Source: Clostridia bacterium
Lineage (GTDB): Bacteria > Bacillota > Clostridia > Christensenellales > Aristaeellaceae
DNA: 21,605 nt
Direction: 5' to 3'
Assembly: GCA_030526225.1 (NCBI GenBank)
Contig: JAUNDF010000034.1
Location: forward strand, 1-21,605
Shown here: piece after piece, positions 16,082-21,605 of the stretch
How the letters are laid out: every line of letters begins with the position of its first letter
Numbering within the stretch: the first letter of the stretch is position 1
Translations under genes and position numbers: made by a program
The notes under the pieces: generated by a model
The model's database searches: none
The model's input: only the letters and a program-made list of their open reading frames with translations
Told to the model about the DNA's origin: nothing

Positions 16082-16099
16082 TTGTTAAGAAGATAACAA
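16082..16099. promoter_or_regulatory. Rex-type operator candidate TTGTTAAGAAGATAACAA
   Basis: 18-bp inverted repeat (TTGTTA...TAACAA) 27 nt upstream of the hydA start. It differs at one position from the Clostridia-type Rex consensus TTGTTAA-N4-TTAACAA as I remember it. Confidence 0.5.
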
Positions 16100-16125
16100 T
16101 CCGCAACGAATGAGGAGGAACCAAC

Positions 16126-17574
16126 GTGCCTAAGTTTGACACAAGTGTTCAGGAACTGAAATACCGCGTGCTGCGTGAGGTTGCAGCGCTGACCAAGGAA
16201 GATAAATTGACCGAGCACATGCTGGAGCTGCCGGAAAAGATCATCCCCGGCCCCGAACCCACCACCCGCTGCTGCATCTACAAGGAACGCGCCATCGTTC
16301 AGCAGCGCGTTCAGATGGCCATCGGCGGTCATGAGGATGTAAAGACCGAGGTGGAAGTGCTGCCCATCGCCTGCGACGAATGCCCCGTCAGCCAGGTTGA
16401 GGTTGGCAACGCCTGCCGCGGCTGTCTGGCTCACCGCTGCGCCCACGCCTGCCCCAAGGATGCCATCTCCTTCGAAAACCACAAGGCTACCATCGACCAC
16501 AGCAAGTGCATTGCCTGCGGCCGCTGCGTGGCTGCCTGCCCCTACAGCGCCATCACCAAGAATACCCGTCCCTGCGAGCGCGCCTGCAAGCCCGGTGCCA
16601 TCAAGATGGACGAAAACAAGAAGGCCCACATCAACGAAGAAAAGTGCGTCAGCTGCGGTGCCTGCGTGTATCAGTGCCCCTTCGGCGCTATCGTGGACAA
16701 GAGCTACATCACCCACGTGGTAAAGCTGCTCAACGCCGCAAAGAAGGGCGGCAACCCGGTGTATGCCGTCATCGCTCCCTCTATCTCCGGCCAGTTTGAA
16801 GGCGTAACCACCGAGCAGGTGGTGGGCGGCATGAAGGCCATGGGCTTCCACAACGTGATTGAGGCCGCTCTGGGCGCTGACATCGTTGCCTATCTGGAGG
16901 CACAGGAGCTGAAGGAAAAGGGCTTCCTGACCAGCAGCTGCTGCCCCGCCTTCGTGACCTACATCCACAAGAATTTCCCCGGCATGGTGGACAAGATTTC
17001 CCACAACCTCTCCCCCATGGCCATGATTGCCAAGCTGATTAAGAAGGCTCATCCCGAAGCAGAAATCATCTTCGTTGGTCCCTGCGTGGCCAAGAAGGGC
17101 GAGGTGAAGCTGGAGAAGGTGGCACCCTATGTGCGCTACTCCATCACCTTTGAAGAACTGCAGGCCATGTTTGATGCCTATGACATCGACCTGAAGAACA
17201 CCGAGCCCGATATGCTCAATAACGCTTCCTACTTCGGCCGCATCTTTGCCCGCAGCGGCGGTCTGGGCGATGCCGTGGTGGAAGCCCTGAAGGAACAGGA
17301 CGAAAAGAGCGAAAAGGCCTCCGACTTCAAGCTGAACGCCGTTGTCTGCAACGGTCTGGAGGAATGCAAGGTGGCACTGCTCAAGGCCAACAAGGGCCTG
17401 CTGCAGGGCAACTTTATCGAAGGTATGGCCTGCGAACAGGGCTGCATCGGCGGCCCCGGCTGCCTGACCCACGGCCCCAAGGAAAAGGCCGAGGTGGACA
17501 AGTACGGCCGCATGGCCAAGGAGCAGCGTCTGGATACCGCCATGGTCATCTATGACATGCTCGTCGACGAATGA
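16126..17574 (+). CDS. hydA: Monomeric [FeFe]-hydrogenase, catalytic type, with an N-terminal multi-[4Fe-4S] domain
   Basis: The H-cluster motifs are present: TSSCCPAF (L1), GPCVAKKGE (L2) and EGMACEQGCIGGPG (L3). The ferredoxin-like motifs are CIACGRCVAACP, CVSCGACVYQCP and CRGCLAHRCAHACP. The N-terminus ...RCCIYKERAIV is typical of monomeric gut-clostridial hydrogenases. The start is GTG with GGAGG 7 nt upstream. Confidence 0.9.
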   Translation: MPKFDTSVQELKYRVLREVAALTKEDKLTEHMLELPEKIIPGPEPTTRCCIYKERAIVQQRVQMAIGGHEDVKTEVEVLPIACDECPVSQVEVGNACRGCLAHRCAHACPKDAISFENHKATIDHSKCIACGRCVAACPYSAITKNTRPCERACKPGAIKMDENKKAHINEEKCVSCGACVYQCPFGAIVDKSYITHVVKLLNAAKKGGNPVYAVIAPSISGQFEGVTTEQVVGGMKAMGFHNVIEAALGADIVAYLEAQELKEKGFLTSSCCPAFVTYIHKNFPGMVDKISHNLSPMAMIAKLIKKAHPEAEIIFVGPCVAKKGEVKLEKVAPYVRYSITFEELQAMFDAYDIDLKNTEPDMLNNASYFGRIFARSGGLGDAVVEALKEQDEKSEKASDFKLNAVVCNGLEECKVALLKANKGLLQGNFIEGMACEQGCIGGPGCLTHGPKEKAEVDKYGRMAKEQRLDTAMVIYDMLVDE

Positions 17575-17576
17575 TA

Positions 17577-17595
17577 CAGCTGCTGACGGCAGCTG
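17577..17595 (+). other. Intercistronic hairpin (CAGCTGC-tgacg-GCAGCTG) with no U-tract
   Basis: Perfect 7-bp stem read directly between the hydA stop (17574) and the Shine-Dalgarno of the next gene. Confidence 0.4.
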
Positions 17596-17618
17596 ATAAT
17601 GAAGGAGGAATTCCCCCT

Positions 17619-17870
17619 ATGGTTAAGGTCAGCATCTGCGTCGGCTCCGCATGCCACATGAAGGGTGCCTACGCCACGACACAGCTTTTCCAGGACGAGA
17701 TTGCCAAGGCAGGCCTGCAGGGCAAGGTTGAGCTGAGCGCCAGCTTCTGCATGAGCAACTGCAAGGACGGCCCCTGCGTAAAAATCAACGATGTCATCCA
17801 TCACCACGTGGATAAGGACCGCGTTGCCAGCCTGATTGCAGAGGAAATCGCTCCTCTGGCCAACGCCTGA
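17619..17870 (+). CDS. Thioredoxin-like [2Fe-2S] ferredoxin (NuoE/HydC-like fold), stand-alone 83-aa protein
   Basis: MVKVSICVGSACHMKG...SASFCMSNCKDGPCVKIND has four Cys in the C-x3-C ... C-x3-C pattern of thioredoxin-like [2Fe-2S] domains. GAAGGAGG is upstream of ATG 17619. The ORF-track start at 17571 overlaps the hydA stop and lacks a Shine-Dalgarno. Confidence 0.8.
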   Translation: MVKVSICVGSACHMKGAYATTQLFQDEIAKAGLQGKVELSASFCMSNCKDGPCVKINDVIHHHVDKDRVASLIAEEIAPLANA

Positions 17871-17887
17871 GGAAGGAGCAATCCCAA

Positions 17888-19426
17888 ATGGGTATCATCC
17901 AGCTGAAAGAAGCAAACTGCAAAAACTGCTACAAGTGCATCCGCCACTGCGACGTCAAATCCATCACCTTCCATGATGATCAGGCCCGCATTTTGGAGGA
18001 TGAGTGCGTGCTGTGCGGCAAATGTACCCTCATCTGCCCCCAGAACGCCAAGCAGATTCAGTCTGATTTGCAGAAGCTCCACGCCATGATTGACCGGGGC
18101 GAGAAGGTCTATGCCTCCCTCGCCCCCTCCTTTGTGGCGGCTTTCCCGGATGCAGGCTTTGCCCAGATCAGCGCCGCGCTGAAAAAGCTGGGCTTTGCCG
18201 GCGTGGAGGAAACGGCCATCGGCGCCACCAAAGTTTCCGAGCGCTATGCCGAAATTCTGGAAAACGAGCAGCCTGTCAATCTGATTACCACCTGCTGCCC
18301 CACGGTGGTGCTGCTGGTGGAGAAGTACTTCCCGGAGCTTCTGCCCCAGCTGGCTCCGGTGCCCAGTCCTGCCCTTGCCCACGCCCGTATGCTGAAAAAA
18401 GCCTATGGGGAGGATATCAAGGTCTGCTTCATCGGCCCGTGCATCAGCAAAAAGCAGGAGGCACAGTCCACCGGTGAAATTGATGCTGTGCTGATGTTCA
18501 ACGAGCTGCTGGATTGGCTGAATCGGGAGCAAATCAACCCCTGCGGCGATTGCGACCCCGATGCCCGGGAGATGCATGCCACTCTCAGCCGTGTGTACCC
18601 CGTCCCCGGCGGCATTTTGAAAACTATCCCCGGTGAGCGGCGCAAGAACTACAAGTCTGTGGCCGTAGACGGTCTCGACCGCTGCATCCAGACCCTGCGT
18701 GATATTCAGGAAAACAAGATTACCGGCTATCTGCTGGAGATGAGCTCCTGCGTGGATTCCTGCGTGGGCGGCCCTGCCCTGCACGAGCACAAGCGCCCCT
18801 TCCTGCTCAACAAGGACAGCGTATACGATTTCTCCCGCCGCAAGAACGAAGGCGAACTGCCCGAAAGCGAAAAGGTCACCGCCAGCATGGAGGAGACCTA
18901 TCGCGAGCGTCTTGCCGATGTACAGATGCCCAATGATGAGGAAATTTGGACCATTCTGCGCTCCATCGGCAAAAACACCCCGGCCGATATGCTCAACTGC
19001 GGCGCCTGCGGCTACAACACCTGCTGGGAAAAAGCCATTGCCGTGGCACAGGGCAAGGCCAACCTGAAAATGTGCCTGCCCTATATGCGTCAGCGTGCAG
19101 AGAGCATGGCCAACACTGTGCTGGACAACACGCCCACCGCACTGATTGTGCTGGACAAGAAGTTCAACATCCTGCAGTTCAATCAGACCGCTCAGCGTAT
19201 GCTCAATCTGGACAACAACTGCATCGGCATGAATGTGGATGCATTCGTGGTGATGGACGGCATGGAATCCATCCTGACTGATGGCAGGAATGTGATGGAT
19301 ATCCGCCGTCACACCGCCATTTACGATGTGCTGGTGGAGCAATCCATCGTGGCCATGCCCAACCATGAATATCTGCTGGTGCTGAAGGATATCTCCGATG
19401 AAGAGGAAGGATTGAAGCGGCTTTAG
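17888..19426 (+). CDS. hydS: Sensory-type [FeFe]-hydrogenase (HydS-like, group C architecture): 2x[4Fe-4S] + H-domain + Cx2Cx4Cx16C + PAS. It ends at a TAG that is followed by in-frame coding sequence
   Basis: The N-terminal motifs are CKNCYKCIRHC and CVLCGKCTLICP. The H-domain motifs are TTCCP (L1), GPCISKKQE (L2) and EMSSCVDSCVGGP (L3, with Ser at the position that is Met in catalytic enzymes). CGACGYNTC-x16-C follows, then a ~100-aa PAS-like region (TALIVLDKKFNILQFNQTAQRMLNL...). A GGAAGGAG Shine-Dalgarno is present. Confidence 0.88.
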   Translation: MGIIQLKEANCKNCYKCIRHCDVKSITFHDDQARILEDECVLCGKCTLICPQNAKQIQSDLQKLHAMIDRGEKVYASLAPSFVAAFPDAGFAQISAALKKLGFAGVEETAIGATKVSERYAEILENEQPVNLITTCCPTVVLLVEKYFPELLPQLAPVPSPALAHARMLKKAYGEDIKVCFIGPCISKKQEAQSTGEIDAVLMFNELLDWLNREQINPCGDCDPDAREMHATLSRVYPVPGGILKTIPGERRKNYKSVAVDGLDRCIQTLRDIQENKITGYLLEMSSCVDSCVGGPALHEHKRPFLLNKDSVYDFSRRKNEGELPESEKVTASMEETYRERLADVQMPNDEEIWTILRSIGKNTPADMLNCGACGYNTCWEKAIAVAQGKANLKMCLPYMRQRAESMANTVLDNTPTALIVLDKKFNILQFNQTAQRMLNLDNNCIGMNVDAFVVMDGMESILTDGRNVMDIRRHTAIYDVLVEQSIVAMPNHEYLLVLKDISDEEEGLKRL

Positions 19427-19429
19427 AAA

Positions 19430-19582
19430 ATGCGCCGTGAAACCCTTGCCACCGCCCAGGAGGTTATCGACAAGCAGATGTGCGTCGCTCAGGAAATCGC
19501 CAGTCTTTTGGGCGAAACCACCGGTGAAACAAAGGCAGCCCTGCTGAAGCTGAAGGCCAGCATCCTGCAGGAGGGCATCTGA
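19430..19582 (+). CDS. 50-codon reading frame, either an independent mini-protein or the detached C-terminal helix of HydS
   Basis: Hand translation: [50 protein letters not shown]. It is in the same frame as hydS and separated from it only by TAG-AAA. Codon usage is GC3-rich. No Shine-Dalgarno lies at a usable distance. Its TGA overlaps the phosphatase ATG (TGATG). It is below the ORF-track size cut-off. Confidence 0.55.
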   Translation: MRRETLATAQEVIDKQMCVAQEIASLLGETTGETKAALLKLKASILQEGI

Positions 19583-20745
19583 TGAAGTACTTTATCGAAA
19601 CCAGCTGGCGCAGCCTGAACCACTACGGAGAAGAGCTGTGCGGCGACAAGGTGGAAGTCACCAAGAGCGATCAGGGCATCCTGATGGTGCTTTCCGATGG
19701 CCTTGGCAGCGGCGTGAAGGCCAACATCCTTGCCTCCCTGACCAGCAAAATCATCGCCAGCATGGTCAATGCCGGCGCCGATATCAAGGACGTGGTGGAA
19801 ACCATCGCATCCACCCTGCCCGTTTGCCGCGAGCGTCAGGTGGCCTATTCCACCTTCACCATGATGCAGGTGGACAAAGAGGGCAATGCCTACTTCGTGG
19901 AGTTCGACAACCCCTCTCTGATTCTGCTCCGTGACGGCAAGCGCATTTTCGTCCCATGGACAGAGCGCACCATTGCCGGCAAGCAGATTCGCGAAGCCCG
20001 CATGAAGCTGCAGCTGCACGATATTGCCGTGACCTTCTCCGATGGCGTGACCCATGCCGGTGTCGGTCAGGTGCTCAATTTCGGCTGGCAGCATGACAGC
20101 GTGGTTAAATTCCTTGAGGAAAACAGCTGCCCTGATGACAAGGCATCCGATGTGCAGTTGCGCCTGCTCAATCACTGCAATCAGCTCTACGAGGGCAAAT
20201 GCGGCGATGATACCACCGTTGCGGCCCTGCGGGTTTGCAATCCTGTCCCCTGCTGCATCATGGTCGGTCCTCCGGTCAATCCTGAGGATGATATGGATGT
20301 GGTCAACGATTTGATGACCTGCCCCGGCGTACGCGTCATTTGCGGCGGCACGACATCACAGATTGTTTCAAGGCTGATTGACAAGCCCCTGACCATCGAT
20401 CTGCAGTATTTCTCCCCCGATGTGCCGCCCATCGCCCATATGGAGGGCGTTGACCTTGTCACGGAGGGCGTGGTCACCATCGGCCGTGTGCTGGATATCT
20501 TGGAGGATTATGCCGCCAATCCTGACCCCGAGAAGCTGACCGTACAGAAGGACGCCGCGCATCTGCTGGCGGAAATCTTACTGGAGAAATGCACTTCCGT
20601 CAAGTTCATTTGCGGACGCGCACTGAACCCCGCCCATCAGAACCCGGATATGCCCATTTCTCTGTCCATCAAGCTTCGTCTGGTCAAGGATATTGCCAAC
20701 TGTCTGCGCAAGATGGGCAAGCCCGTTACCATTCGCTATTGCTGA
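19582..20745 (+). CDS. SpoIIE/PP2C-family protein serine/threonine phosphatase with a ~170-aa C-terminal domain of unknown function
   Basis: PP2C/SpoIIE-type metal-binding motifs: ELCGDKVEV, VLSDGLGSG, FSDGV and GDDTTVAALRV within residues 1-218. Residues ~220-387 are a separate Cys-containing domain (CCIMVGPP...VICGGTTSQIVSR...). Confidence 0.88.
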   Translation: MKYFIETSWRSLNHYGEELCGDKVEVTKSDQGILMVLSDGLGSGVKANILASLTSKIIASMVNAGADIKDVVETIASTLPVCRERQVAYSTFTMMQVDKEGNAYFVEFDNPSLILLRDGKRIFVPWTERTIAGKQIREARMKLQLHDIAVTFSDGVTHAGVGQVLNFGWQHDSVVKFLEENSCPDDKASDVQLRLLNHCNQLYEGKCGDDTTVAALRVCNPVPCCIMVGPPVNPEDDMDVVNDLMTCPGVRVICGGTTSQIVSRLIDKPLTIDLQYFSPDVPPIAHMEGVDLVTEGVVTIGRVLDILEDYAANPDPEKLTVQKDAAHLLAEILLEKCTSVKFICGRALNPAHQNPDMPISLSIKLRLVKDIANCLRKMGKPVTIRYC

Positions 20746-20779
20746 TGTGCGATATGCCTTCATCATTTTATCCATTGTA

Positions 20780-20815
20780 AGAATGCTCTGTGCTTTACAG
20801 GGCATTCTTTTTTTG
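20780..20815 (+). terminator. Rho-independent terminator of the hydrogenase/phosphatase operon
   Basis: A 12-bp stem, agaatgctctgt (20780-20791) with acagggcattct (20797-20808) and one G-U pair, has a 5-nt loop and is followed by a T7 run. Confidence 0.8.
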
Positions 20816-20824
20816 CTTCAAATG

Positions 20825-20833
20825 TGGTATAAT
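20825..20833 (+). promoter_or_regulatory. Extended -10 promoter element TGgTATAAT upstream of traX-like gene
   Basis: Read directly about 29 nt upstream of the ATG at 20862. Confidence 0.4.
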
Positions 20834-20861
20834 CCCCTTATTCAAAGGAAATGAGTGATGA

Positions 20862-21605
20862 ATGATGGAAGAGCGAATATCCGGCAATCAATGCACATCC
20901 CTGCTGAAAATCATCGCGCTAATCTGCATGTTCTGTGATCATCTTGGGAAAATGGTTTTCCCCGGTGTGCAGGAGCTGCGAATTATCGGCAGGCTTGCAT
21001 TCCCGCTGTACGCATGGTGTCTCGTGGTTGGCGTGTGCCATACAAGGAACATGGCCAAGTATCTGTTGCGAATGCTGATTACCGGGCTGATTTCCCAGCC
21101 GCTATACGTGTTGGCCCTCAATCACAAATGGACTGAGCCGAACATCTTTCTGACGCTGGTTGTGGCGCTGTTGGGACTTTGGGGGCTGAAGGAAAAGAAG
21201 TATTTCAGCCATTACTGGGCGCCATTGTTCACGCTGATTCTCGCCAATTTAACCGGCTGCAATTACGGCTGGAAGGGTGTTCTGTTCATCTATATGCTCT
21301 ATCTGTGCCGCAACAGCACGCAGGCCCTGGTTGGCTGTATGATTCCATTCTGCCTATACTGGGGTACTTCCTCCGCAACCGTCAATTCCCTGTTTGGACA
21401 GCCCTTGAACCTCAACCTGATTCCCGACTCGGTCAGCCTGCTGATTGCTCCATGGATGCGGCTGCAGGCACTGTCCATTCTTTCTCTCCCGCTGATTGCC
21501 TGGTGCGGATGCAAATGTCGCATTACAATTCCCAAATGGCTCGGATATGCGCTGTATCCGATGCACCTCGCCTTGCTGCTTTTGATTGAAACAATCGTAA
21601 AATGA
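20862..21605 (+). CDS. TraX family membrane protein
   Basis: LLKIIALICMFCDHLGKMVF...GRLAFPLYAWCLVVG... is the characteristic TraX-family N-terminal region. The protein is polytopic, 247 aa long, and its TGA stop falls at the window end. Confidence 0.8.
   Translation: MMEERISGNQCTSLLKIIALICMFCDHLGKMVFPGVQELRIIGRLAFPLYAWCLVVGVCHTRNMAKYLLRMLITGLISQPLYVLALNHKWTEPNIFLTLVVALLGLWGLKEKKYFSHYWAPLFTLILANLTGCNYGWKGVLFIYMLYLCRNSTQALVGCMIPFCLYWGTSSATVNSLFGQPLNLNLIPDSVSLLIAPWMRLQALSILSLPLIAWCGCKCRITIPKWLGYALYPMHLALLLLIETIVK

Noticed and set aside
1640-17870. Longer N-terminal extensions given by the ORF track for coaD (2173), cyclo-ligase (4179), alr (5194), ACT protein (5274), ABC-2 permease (10700), ABC ATPase (11628), GldG-like (9960), TetR (15914) and the [2Fe-2S] protein (17571)
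   Set aside because: The internal start codons have properly spaced Shine-Dalgarno sequences and give family-typical N-termini. The extensions overlap upstream genes or intergenic promoters.
16027-19366. Two very long minus-strand ORFs (16027..17472, 481 aa; 17801..19366, 521 aa) antisense to hydA and hydS
   Set aside because: Same reasoning as above: Gly/Ala/Val/His-rich nonsense composition and no ribosome-binding sites. The plus strand carries complete hydrogenase motif sets.
19424-19426. Pyrrolysine as the explanation for the in-frame TAG codons
   Set aside because: No pyl genes or methylamine methyltransferase genes are in the window, and neither RsmD nor HydS is a known Pyl protein. 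This cannot be excluded without the whole genome but is considered unlikely, so it is folded into the general amber-decoding hypothesis.
20862-21605. TraX-family gene as a marker of a conjugative or mobile element
   Set aside because: No relaxase, coupling protein, type IV secretion, integrase or repeat boundary is visible in the window. Composition matches the surrounding chromosome. Stand-alone TraX-like genes are common in Clostridia chromosomes.
1-21605. Search for CRISPR arrays, tRNA/rRNA genes, IS elements, prophage or defence-system genes
   Set aside because: No direct-repeat/spacer periodicity, no cloverleaf-like or rRNA-like segments, no transposase, integrase or nuclease-type ORFs. 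Apart from the 243-990 island, all intergenic gaps are under about 250 nt and are accounted for by promoters and terminators.

Overview
Densely coding, visibly GC-rich segment with strong G/C at third codon positions. By gene content and protein sequences it looks like the chromosome of an anaerobic Clostridia-type Firmicute (inference). I support about 25 protein genes. I saw no rRNA, tRNA, CRISPR array, transposase or integrase. The left three quarters are mostly housekeeping: a minus-strand alr / 5-formyl-THF cyclo-ligase / membrane protein / rsmD / coaD / coiled-coil operon, a plus-strand ACT + UPF0210 pair, a minus-strand ABC ATPase / ABC-2 permease / GldG-like / DUF4340 operon, then an oxidoreductase, uppP, deoD and a TetR + membrane protein pair. 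The most interesting part is 16.0-20.8 kb. It is a plus-strand operon encoding a monomeric catalytic-type [FeFe]-hydrogenase, an 83-aa thioredoxin-like [2Fe-2S] protein, a sensory-type (HydS-like) [FeFe]-hydrogenase with a PAS domain, a 50-codon reading frame and a SpoIIE/PP2C phosphatase. A Rex-like palindrome lies upstream of this operon. The second notable signal is that two conserved genes (rsmD and hydS) each carry an in-frame TAG followed by clearly coding, same-frame sequence. Every other stop codon I could read in the window is TGA or TAA. This could be two independent nonsense mutations or amber read-through/suppression, and it needs whole-genome checks. A roughly 750-bp AT-rich non-coding island (243-990) is also unexplained.
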